This document shows positions 23,995 to 35,944 of a stretch of 64,000 bases of DNA, piece after piece. Every line of letters starts with the position of its first letter. The stretch's first letter is position 1. The DNA is taken from NCBI GenBank assembly GCA_020137815.1, contig CM035360.1, forward strand, positions 1,178,001 through 1,242,000. Direction: 5' to 3'. The translations under genes were made by a program, and so were the position numbers. The notes under the pieces were generated by a model. That model ran no database searches. It was not told where the DNA came from and saw nothing but the letters and a program-made list of their open reading frames with translations. The stretch is from Hormiphora californensis (Eukaryota; Animalia; Ctenophora).

Positions 23995-26789
23995 GTCACG
24001 TGATGTCACTCAACAAGTTACGTGATGTGTAGTAGTCGGGGTTCTGGAACTGAGTCAGAGTGCAGCTGACCTCCAATGAATTAAATATTGGCCGATTCTT
24101 GTCGTCAAAGGAAGATTAGAGTTGCATTTAGAGCGGAATGAATTAACTGTTTTGTAAAACTAAAAGATTCCGTACGGCAAATTACGAGAGAGGTGTAATC
24201 AAAGAGTAAACAAAAGGATTGTCCGTGGGCAGACATTCTCTTCGTCATAATCTTTGCTCTGATTTCCTCTCATTTACTTTTCTATCTCTCACTCTCCCTT
24301 TTTCTCATTCTTCTCTCCCTTTTTCTCCCTTTTTCTCTCTGTCTAATAAATCTTTCTCTCCCTTTTTTTTCTCGTCAGGGAGTTGCGTATACATATAACA
24401 ACACCCATTCACGAATGATGCGCTCCGTGCATTTCCGGTGACTGTGTAAGAAAACGAGATAAATTAGTAGATCTTTGTCTCTCACTTACCCTCGCTATCT
24501 TTGTCTCTCTCTATCTTTTTTTCTTTTTAAGCAGATTCTCTTGGATTATGTTTCACAGAACTAGCAGTATAAGTAGGACAAATTACAATTATAAATAAAA
24601 TTAGTTGAACTTTTATGTGTTACTGTTACCTAGGTTGAGAGATACCCATGAAAATTCTCGTTGTTACTGGGTTGTTGCCGAATCCGGTTGCTAGGTAGTT
24701 GAGTTGCTACGGAGCTGAGTGCTACAAATAAGCAGAATATTTTTTGGTATATCTACCACAACGACAATTATAGTATGTAAACAATTATAATGAAGTTTCG
24801 ATCGTTATGCCACACGTACCAAAGACCAAAGAGAGAAGTTTTCGCGTTAACCAATTAGCAGCATGCAGTAATTACTCCACAAATTGCAGTAATTGGCGTG
24901 TTTACAGTGGGAGATTATAATAGAAAATATAGTGATGAAAAAGAGAGAGAGTGTGAAAAAAGAGAGAAAGATAGTGAAGAAAAGAGAGATGGCGAAGAAA
25001 GAGAGTAATAGTTTTGAATATGATCGGTTCTAGTTACAACCGTGTGAATTTTGTTCACAATTTTGAAAGTAGGAATGATTCAATGAGTCAAAAAAATAAT
25101 AGTAATACGGGTATAAATAAATTGATAAGCTATTTAACCACTTACTTTGATTTTAAAGAGGCGCAGCAACAAAAAGGTTTTGTGTTTCTAAATATTGAAG
25201 ACATCCTCAGAAGAATCTCTATCTGATCACTGCGGTTGATATGTCGACGAGAAATGCCTGACTGTCATTTTATGAAGAATTAATTGGGTTAGAGTTTCTA
25301 ATAGAAGTATCTTTTGAAAAATTAGAAAAAGGTAGCGAATCAGTTTTTCATTTTGAGGAAGTTTAGAGCATCAAGCAAATGTAAAAGTAATTTGGAAATA
25401 GTGCGAGGTTTAGGAGAGAAGTTTTCCTAATTTATTGCCTATGCCAATATCATAATACCGCTATTGGCAATAGCAATAGCAATATACGACTAGAATTAAT
25501 AATATTACAAAGCAACTATACACATTGTCTCATCATTGTGGCAATGGACGTATAAAACCACGCACACAAGTATTCCTGCAAATTACAAAATTGTCAACCC
25601 GCAAGTGTTACATGTTCCTTATACACACACAGAGGCCTATATAACTCTCTCCACGTGCGCTTTAAGTACTCTTTGTAGGAGCTGTCGTTGTTCTAAGGAA
25701 GACTGATCTAATTGTAAAAGTAACACGATCATTGACGCGGAGAGTTTGTTTAAGGTCATCGCCAAGTTTCAACAGCAAGGGTTCTAATTGCTACACACGT
25801 ACCAAACAGGAAGTTTATGCGCACGTTCCTTAAAGAAAGAGAGCAATATGACGCAGAAGCTTACATAACCGTAACGAGGAAAACTCCGCAAACTACGCGT
25901 GCTGCGTTGCTTATAAAACACGTTCTAGGCCATAATTTGTAGATGAGATCCTTGCTCATAAATTTGGTGAATCATGACCATAATCGACTACTATACGATT
26001 TTATGAGCTGATTTTGTTAGCTGATTTTATGAGCTAAGTATCACAGAAAATTGTTTGACATACAACCATATAGGGTTGTATGCTAAACGTAGAGCTCCTT
26101 CATCAAGAGCACCACGGGAAGATAATAAAAAATGAGATAATGTCTGATGGTACTAGATATACATGATTTGATTTTTCCATATCGATTATCTAGTGATGAT
26201 TAGATAATATAAATATTGATACGAAATAAGTATGTATGTAGTTAAATCTAGTCGATTGGAAATCACGAAAAAATATTTATAAAGAAGACAAAATTTTGAC
26301 GGTTTCAGAAGTGACAATGAAAGAATGGCGAATGACTTGTATGAATAGATATGGTTTCATCATGCCCCTATCCTACTACTCCTACTAGGATTCCTACCTG
26401 AAGATATGTATGTCATAATGATATGACTACTCATCTCATGATCAAAGATGCGGGCAATGCAATTATGTGAATAATATTCAAGCTAGGTCAACCACAATTA
26501 AATATGTGATGGTATAGGGCGGTCAATGAAGGGTTGGTCAATGAATGCGCTTCACCACTCTGCACCAAGCTTCATTAACTTCTCCTCACCCCCCCCCCCC
26601 CCCCAATTGGACTTGTTTAACAAGAAAGCACCATAGGACCACTGACCAGAGAGAGCTCAACTCCCCCTGTCTAATGCTCATTAATTTCTTACAACCAGCT
26701 TGGCCTTGTTAATGAAAGCAAAGTAGAGCTCAACCCCCCCCCCTATTTTAAACTCATTAATCACGCCACTGCCGCTAGCGATTTACTAT

Positions 26790-27510
26790 TTAAGTGTACA
26801 ATGTAGGATTTTATTATGCCTATAAGTTGTACCTGAAAACTTATAACACGAGACCGAAGGTCGAGTGTTATAAGTACAACAATAATGATCCGAGACCACC
26901 GGTCGAGGCAGATTCTTGTACTTTAGTGCACGAGCCTGCGAGTGCCACTAAGTGTAACTACCTCACGAGCCTGCGAGTGATGTAGTTTTACTTTTTGACC
27001 GAGCCTGCGAGGTCTAAAAGTGTAAGAATCTGGGACATTATTGTTGACGTCAGGTACAACGAAAATAGGCATAATAAAATTGCATTGTAAAATTTTTAAA
27101 ACAAGAGTGAGAGACAGTTTAGGGCGTAACAATAGAACGAATTCATGATAAGGTAGCAGGCAGAGATAAGATAACGCCTGAGATCTATAGGTAAAGAGAG
27201 TGAGAGATTAGCGAGAGTGAGAGAGAGATAAAGAATGTGTGGGTCTGGGAGTTCGTGACTGTTATCTTGATCTCGGTGTTGCAACGGCTTGAGAGTGTGA
27301 CATAAAGAAAGAGAGAGAGGGAGTTCGTACACGCTTATCTTTCGAACGGTTTTTAGTGTGACAGAAACAGTAAGGAGTAAGGACTTCTAAGTGCAGCAGT
27401 GTTATAAGTTTTCATGTATCACTGGGGGGTGTTATAAGTGAAAACTTATAACACTGGGGGGTGTTATAAGTGAAAACTTATAACACTGGGGGGTGTTATA
27501 AGTTGTACAA
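26790..27510. mobile_element. Hairpin-rich non-autonomous element fragment
   Basis: ACTTATAACACGAGACCGAAGGTCGAGTGTTATAAGT hairpin at ~26840-26876, inverted match and tandem copies at ~27400-27505, repeated CGAGCCTGCGAG. Confidence 0.5.
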
Positions 27511-29075
27511 GCAGTGCTACCTAAAGAATTATATTATATCTCAAAATTTTACAATGAAAAGTTTATTGAAAAGCCTATAAATGTGCTCCAAACTGACATA
27601 AAATGAGATCATAATAACCCATAAGCATAATAATGGTAGCACATTCTCGTATGACGTAACCATTACGGTAATGAAGCCCATCTAAGGCACAAGAAAAGAG
27701 ATGGTACCCTACAGGAACACAACACGGTATAATTGTTTTACTTTCTAATAAAGCAAAACTATTAAAGCCGGAAGACGTTATGGGAGCATTGCACCTACTG
27801 CATATGATACGCGGCCAATCATGATGCAATAAACAATAATATGTTTAGTCTCGTTCAAGGGAGCTTCACTTTTAGTAAAAACTGGGTTGTGCATAAAGAT
27901 TCCTTAAAAGAAGAATATCTTATCATGATTGCAGTTGATGCGCTAATTGATTTCGAAAATTCGCATCACTCAAGTGATAAATTACTTGTTCATAATTCTA
28001 TCACGAAAGTCTAAATTTACCTGAAGTGGCCAAAACGGTAAATAAACTACATTTAGCAATTTCCAGTTCATTAATGACTTTGATTTACCTTCCATAACAC
28101 AAACAAACAGCTCATTGCTCAATTCTAACTTCCAGAATTAATAGTCTAGTGGAAACAATAAATTGTAATAAAGCAGTCGATCAACGACCCGGTAATGGTC
28201 AATATCAATGCAATATTGCTTTTTGTTTAATTTTCATCCACGTACAACGTATATATGCATCCCGTGCAAACAAAGTTCAACTACCGAAATGAAGCATTGA
28301 AGATATATGTTAGAGTTGGACAAAGTCTTAATTAGTGAAAGAAACTTCTATATTCATGCTAATTACTGTTGACAACAACTAACAGGACGGGAGAACGATG
28401 GGAAATATATAAACTGCGATGAACGAACTTCGAGGGAAGGTTCGACAAAAGCATTTTCTAGGATCTGTATACCAACGAATCATGTACTTTGAGGGATAAT
28501 GGTTGCAATTACCGAAGCCTCTATGGCGCTCTCCTTGAGAAATAGCGAGCTGCACGTATTCTCTATAATAGAGCTCTAGATCAGAAGGCTTTAATTCTTC
28601 CCAAGAGAACCAATTTGATCTCTTCTAAAATGACCCATTATGATTTCTTCTTCTTCCCCTTATGTATATTACTTATCTTCGAAGCAATCGGTATACATTA
28701 TTCATGTAGAAACATTTCGCTATACGATTATATTACTATTCATTCATATAATCAATGTAACTTTCATTTTACACATTGGAATATACAATATGGCACATGT
28801 TGCGTTATGCAGGGTTTATTTTCACACACCTCCCCGTATAATAATCAGTAACAATAAAATTAAATTAAAGCCATTAAAAAGAATTAGTTTTTTGTCTTCT
28901 CCTACTCCTTATATCACTCAAACATTCATAGCTTGCGCTCTTCAAGTTCCAAATGTATTTAAAAGGGTTAAAACTAGGCCCAACACTGCTACTACACTCA
29001 AACACTTCCCCTCCTCCATGACACTTATGGTGGGAGCTGTGGGCACTGACTTCAGACAACTCAATTATGGTACCA

Positions 29076-32000
29076 TCAGCGCACATGAGAGGATCCAACT
29101 GGTCTCGGTTGTTTTGTTTTCCAATCCTCCTCCTCCTCCTCCTCGGTCTCGGTCTCGTTTCCAGTAATGTACCGTTTTAGTTCCGAGCTTGTTCGGATTA
29201 GAGGTGGCTTTGTGAGGCTTTGGGATGAACAGATGCTTGACCTGAAGAGGAGAGAGGAAGTTTTAGTCATTTAGGAACCATTTGGAATAGTACTGGGAAC
29301 ACATAATACATATAATGTATAGCTTGGTTTCTATTGTTTTAATATATTGGGATTAATGTCCCATTTTATCAATGATAAAATCAAATCCTTTTTATAAATC
29401 TCAACATAAATATGAATCAACATTCTTCATGCTCATGCCCATGGAATCTATGCTAGAAAAACATTGAGGTACAAGTTACAACAGTAGTCTTTATGAAAAC
29501 GATAACCAACATGAACCTTACTGAGAGTGTGAAAGTTTATGAGCGTGATTAATAAATTAATCAATCAATTTGATTAGTGCCCTGCATCTCCATCTTCCAA
29601 GTGGTGTTTGTTGCATGGACACGATTGTGAATAAAACAGGAGAAATAATATTTCAGACTGGTGAGAGGGTGTAGGAACTTAATCTTCTCAAGAGTTTTCA
29701 GGGGGGAAGAACAAGCAACAAAAGACATTGCGCAGATTGTGCTCGAGAATGCATCAATCTACTTTTAACTCAGAATTCCGATTGCCTTTGAGAATGCATC
29801 AATCTAAATTAGCCAATTAATCAATAATTGGGTAATTAGTTAACTAATTACCCTGTGGAAGTTCCAAGTTGGGTGGTTCCATTGATGGAAGGCTTCTTCA
29901 CCAGAACTGACACATTACAGGAAGAACTAAATGCTAGACTCTCCCTCCTCATGTTTTGTTGACGGTAACTTCGGTTTGATGTACAACGTATAATGTTTTT
30001 AAACTCCTGGGAAAAATTTAGTATATTAAATTAATAATCCGTTCAAATTATCCAATGAAAGTGCAAAATGTTAAACCAATTCAAAGATGATTCTTCTTCA
30101 TTTTTTGAAGGCTCATTGGTATCCAATGGATGGTCAATGAACATTGGTCATTATGCTGCATTTTCGGAACGTGTTCGTCTAGTCATTGTGCGTCGCGGGC
30201 TGCAACTGGAGCGTAACGCATGCGACGCGCGATGACTAGACGAACACGTTGACATTGGTCATTATGGAGGAGCAATTCAATCAACTCTTACCTGTCTGAA
30301 TTCCTTGTTCATTATCCCGTAGATTATCGGGTTGCAGAATGAGTTGCAGAGAAGAAGATATGTACTACTAGTGCTGCCTCTTTAGGTACTGATGTTAGCT
30401 GAAAGATTGCAGATATTAGCTTTAATTAACAGCGACATCAAATCAATAAACAAAATTCTTGAGATTTTTCGTTGAAGTACATAACATGAAATAACATAGA
30501 ATTTACAACGAAGTAATAAATTGTACGCAACACATGTTTCATGGAATGGCCTATAACTGGTCTACTTTGATTATAACATGGAATTTAGATAGTTACATAC
30601 TTACATTAAATATCATTTGTATTAGCGCCATTATTGAGACAGGTAATACAAATATTAGGTAGACTCCTATGATAACAGCAATCATCAGGCCCGCTTTGAA
30701 GTTTTTAATTCCCCTCCATGCCCCTCCCTTTTTCACAAGAGATGGATTGTTATCGTTCACCTGTTGTTAGATAAGATTAATTAGTAAGTACAGTATGAAC
30801 TTAATAACGAATGATTGATTAGATTATGCATCATATTCTTCATAAAATAACTTCATGTTAAACATATATATACCCTGCTAACTTAAATAATGCGCCAGTG
30901 GCGAGAAGTCCCACTAGCGCGCTCTCAGTAAACAGCCAGTCCAGCGGCAGATTATTTCCCACTGGCAGGTTATTTATTTTTAACTCCTACGTAACATTCA
31001 AAGTGTGTGTAAATGATCAGTTCTTACTAAAATACAGAGGGAACACTATGTGCAACACTTACACACTACATTGGAGAGAAAGAAAGGACACATTCCGTCA
31101 ATTACTCTCTCTTTATCTCCCCTTTTGTCTCAGTATCTCTTTCTCTGTATTATTTGTGACATGCCCCTTATCAGGCTATTTCTTTCACTCTCTTTCCTTA
31201 GCAACTGCTTAGTAACTGTTACCAAACAGTGTACACTCAATTGTGACGTGTTTTTAACTATTTCTCAGTTCTCTTTGTGTGTTTTGATTAGTGTTCTCTC
31301 TCTTGTTGGTGTGTAATACTTGAAATAAACAACTAAAGCAGGGTATATAACCCATAAACTCTGACCACTGGCACGTTATAGGTTTAAACCCCTCCGCCTC
31401 TCCCTCGGCTCCGCCTCGGGATCGTCGTCGTGATTTAAACCAGTTTATCCGCCAGCGGCGGATAAACTCCAGCTAACTTCTCCCAGCGGCGCGCTGGGAG
31501 AAAGTTATCTGAAATAACGCGCCAGTGGCCAGAGTTTATGCCTCATATATGCGTACCATTTTAGCGGTTTGAAAGATCTTGCAGTAGCAGAAGATCATGA
31601 TTGATAGGGGAGGAACAAAAGAGATCCCAATGTAGATTACAAAGTAGACTTTAAATCGTGTTACTTGGTAACTTTCCATCGATTGTAAAGTCAGGGCACA
31701 TGTCCGTGAATATGTCGAATAGCTGAAATATAGATTTATTAGTAACCCTTAGTTACGCTTGGCCTTTTGAAGTAATGTTAAATGTTGTGCCATTTTAATC
31801 TATCCATAATATTAATGCAAAGTCAAACCATGATACTCCCATCCTGCTGTTATCGCTTATACCCCATTATCCCTTCTCCCATTCTCTGTCTTTAGCTTTT
31901 CGAACATCGCGTGGATATCATTTTACATATTATATGTGTACAGCTGTTATTTTAAAGCTAGGTTATAAATCCTTAGCTAAATACGTAAAGGCAAAAGATC

Positions 32001-33460
32001 TACTGCACCCCTTTCATGCAGCTGTACAATATATTGCCTGGAGCAGGTGGAAAAAGTAAAAAACTACACGTTCTAAAATTTACCAATAAATAAAAGATAC
32101 CAAAAACAATGAAGGAATATTACTCACTCGAACTTTCCGATCCCAAAGAAAGGTGGTAGAGAGACGGACATGGATAAAATCCAGGTAGCAAAGAGAATCT
32201 GAAGTATCTTCTTCCCCGTCATTTCACGCTTGTAAATCAGAGGTTTGGTGATCAGAAGATACCGGTCATAACTACACGCTGCCAGGGTCATCAAGGAGTT
32301 TGTCAGAATGACGTTATCTATATACCCGCTTATCTCGCATACAAACCCCTGGAATTTATTATATTTAGGGCAGGATTAAATATCAGATTCTATATAGAAT
32401 ATATACATGAAATGACACGGGTGAGGTTCTGAATTTCTCCTTAAGTCATTTGTAGGAGTTTCTAATACCCAACCCTATGTTTTTATTCTCAAAATCTAGC
32501 TAGTAGAGACAATATATTGTCATCGCAACTCTATACCGATGACGCAGTTCCCCTGTCAGTCGATCTTAAACCCTAAACAAATATCACCAATATGTTATAT
32601 ATAAGTAAATCACGTCATATATTACTTGTGTAATTGTAGCTTAAGCTACTTACCCTCATCCAAGTATCGCAGTTGAACAGATTGTTGATGATATTGGGTA
32701 TCACCCAGAGACCCATTATCATGTCGCTTATAGCCAGGGACATGAGGAAGTAATTACTGGGTGTCCGGAGAGATTTACTTCGTATAAACGCTAAAAGAAC
32801 CTGTAGGGAGAGATTCGTTTTTGTTTGTTGGATCAAGCCATTGATTTCACGTAAGGTTAGCCACTGCTAGCTTTATAAACCTAGCTACCTAAATCTCTCC
32901 TAAGAAAATCAGGTGAACCTCTGAAATCTGACACTATTGCCTGATATATCCATTGAATAGTTAGGTAAATGTGCATTGGAGCATGTCACTACGGACAGCT
33001 GTGTGCTGCACGAAAATGAACATAATGAAGCGATTTCTTTACGAATATAAGTACAGTGGACGGTGCAATGATAAAATGGATGCAGCTGTCGAAATATGAA
33101 AGTGTGCATGGTTACAACGAGGACCAAAAGAATGTATTTCGATAGAACTCAATTATCCCTCTTCATCAACATAGTTATGAGAATGAGCTCGCAGACTATA
33201 ATTAGCTAACTTGAGCTTACCATTGAATAACTAACTAATTAGCTAACTCACCATTTAATAATAAGCTAATTAGCTAACTTATCATTTAATAATTAGCTAA
33301 TTAGCTAACTCACCATTGAGTTTCCCATAACTGTGAGGATTCCCACAATTGACAGAACGGGGATGGCACCATGATAATCGTCACATTCATCTTCAATGTA
33401 TGAATCATTTACAGTGTTGAACGATCCAGGAGATGATGTAGGTCTATCCATCTCACTCAT
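29076..33460 (-). CDS. Class A (rhodopsin-like) GPCR, 8 exons, with a 1-nt frameshift in the TM7 exon
   Basis: Exons 33460-33314 (GN), 32800-32654 (LRTPSNYFLMSLAISD), 32348-32128 (C...YDRY, W), 31722-31557 (PPLSIMIFCYCKIF), 30760-30605, 30398-30292 (CNSFCNPIIYGIMNKEFR), 30006-29852, 29241-29076. Confidence 0.9.
30871..31545. mobile_element. Asymmetric double-inverted-repeat element (Crypton-like), copy 1
   Basis: IR pair ATATACCCTGCT/AGCAGGGTATAT followed by IR pair CATAAACTCTG.CCACTGGC.CGTTAT enclosing nested hairpins; TATA at both junctions; second copy at 52900-53563. Confidence 0.8.
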
Positions 33461-33540
33461 AATTTCATCAGCTGTTTAGAGGGAGGGGGTGTTATTTGCA
33501 GCTTGCAAGAGTATTGATATCTAGTATCAGCTGATTATAC

Positions 33541-34077
33541 TGAGTGAGATCGAGGTCGCGCAGCGACCGAGATCGATCTCACATCTAGGCCTCCGGCGCG
33601 TTATTGATTTTAGAGCAAACTTTTTCAAAGACCTGGCTGCAAGGAACTACTGAACCGATTTGCATCTCGTTTGTTGCTCCTGGCAGATAATTGTCTCTAG
33701 TTTTACGGAAAATACCCGCGAGTATCAGCATTTGAGGAATAGTGGGTCAAAATTGACGCTAAACATGAGCAATTCTTTAAAGACCTGGCTGCAAGCTCCT
33801 ACTCGGTCCTGGGACAATCTGCGGGTACTGGGTGAATCGTCATGGCCTTGTGAGTATGGGAAAATACCCGCCGATACATCAATGTACCAATTGAGGCGGT
33901 AATTGGGGTTTTGGTAGTGCTATGTCGGCTAAAAATGCCTGCTAAAACAGTATATCGCGCGCGATTTGACAGTCCCACTGCTGAAAACGTGCTTTACATG
34001 GCGCGCACGTGAGTTCTTGCTCTCAACGGACCGGGATCCTATTATTCGCGGAGCGAGAATAGGATGCGATGGATCCA
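33541..34077 (+). mobile_element. Unclassified 540-bp hairpin-capped element, copy 2
   Basis: Flanked by exact 18-bp direct repeat AGTATCAGCTGATTATAC (33523-33540 and 34078-34095); lies ~80 bp upstream of the GPCR ATG. Confidence 0.9.
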
Positions 34078-34273
34078 AGTATCAGCTGATTATACGGACC
34101 AGGCTGTACAAGCTAAACAGTAGAGAAAGCAAGGGAGGTCGATGTTAAAAACTCGAGAACCTCATCTCGATTACCATACGTAATGCTGGCGTACATTCCT
34201 TAACACATACGCTCTCACTATCTCTCTCTCAGTCTCAGTCTCAGTCTCACTCTCTAGTCTCTCTCTTTCTCTC

Positions 34274-34399
<126 letters not shown>

Positions 34400-35404
34400 T
34401 TTCTATCTATCTATCTTCTCCAGGCTTAAGGCAATTTCATCAAGTGGTCTACAAATCAATATGTAATGAAATGATTAATTGAATATTTGATTGGCACTCC
34501 ACTGCTGAGAAAAAATAATGGAAAATATGACCTTGAGTGAGGTAAAGTTAACCTTTTTAAAGATAGTTTACCATAAAATCTCTGCAAAAAAAACCGACAT
34601 TTCTGAAATTGAAGCAAAAGCTAATAGCTAGGAATAAAGACAACACCACCAGCTCTGCTCAATTTTCAGTTTCAAACAAAGCAGTTCCATAAAGGCCAAG
34701 GAAGGACAAAAGGAAAGGATAAATTTTTCGAAAGTTATGAATGGAAAATGAAGATGAAAAGAGACACAGGATGCTGACAGAGAGGAATATAGATGCCAGG
34801 AGAGAGAGAGAGGTACAGAAGCCAGGTGGCACGGCTGGTTCTAAAGTTGGGATAAAATATATATAGGAGAGCTGGAAATGATCTGAAAAAAGATGCATAA
34901 TATGCAGTTGTGTTGTGTAAACAAAACAATAAAGGACCTAAAACCCAATTTTTGGGCACTTCAAGTTGTTTTAGAACTGTAAAGGTTATATATCGGTTAT
35001 CTACAAGTACAAAGTGGAGAGAAACCTGTCTGGCGCCGCGACCCATCTGAGCGCACTGTCGAATCAAATTGGGGTCTGGCGCCGCCAGACAGAGAGAAAC
35101 ATAGTAGAGTCTGAAATACACAAGATTCATTCCCGGCTGTTTACTTTTAGTGAAGATTACCATTGAAAGGTTTTAGGTTTCACATGGAAGATAGCTGCGA
35201 TATAAAAGTTTCAGTCGATCGACAATCTAGAACTAAGGTTTCAAATTCAACTAACTTTTCTCCAACAATAGAACTAAACATTTAAAATCAAACACGCTCA
35301 GATAATATCACCTGTAGTACTGCCTTGGCCCTATGCACTAACGTATCACTCCAGAAAGTATACGTTGTCGATACAAACCCTTCGAGTTCGACGCGTTAGC
35401 ATAC

Positions 35405-35626
35405 CAGTGGTCATCCGACATAATTGCTATATCTCGACGTGAACTTCGACGTGGAATTCGACGAGGAATAGCAGGCGTTTGTAGTTATGAACGCCTGCTG
35501 CCCATGCCGCACGTGCCAATGTGCGCCGCACAGCAGGCGTTCATAACTACAAACGCCTGCTATTTCTCGTCGAATTCCACGTCGAAGTTCACGTCGAGAT
35601 GTGGCAATTATGTCGGATGACCACTG
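35405..35626. mobile_element. ~220-bp palindromic MITE
   Basis: CAGTGGTCATCCGACATAATTGC ... GCAATTATGTCGGATGACCACTG|TA; arms pair over nearly the full length. Confidence 0.8.
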
Positions 35627-35944
35627 TAAGAAACATGTTTTAAGCTTTGCGTGACATTTGTCACACGTCATAGATTGTTTTGAAAATATAAAATTACTCA
35701 GTGTTCGATTACAAAGCATACAAATACAAATACAAATACAATTATAATTTATATCCCGCTTTTGGGCCTATGCATTGTTAGTGCTAGGAGGACGCGTTTC
35801 AATCAGTCGATTGAAGCAACGCACCCACCACTAACAAGCCTTCTAAAGCGGCTCTTATAGGATTATAAGATCCTAAAGGCCTTAAAAAACCGTCGGCAGT
35901 CATTCGATATAATATATATAAATGTATGTAGAAAATAAGGGTTA

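Noticed and set aside
24500-28900. Short ORFs between the Kv and GPCR genes
   Set aside because: AT-rich with no motifs or coherent splice pattern; may hold UTR exons or decayed transposons.
29076-33460. GPCR as an opsin
   Set aside because: The position equivalent to retinal-binding K296 (six residues before the N of NPIIY) is Leu.
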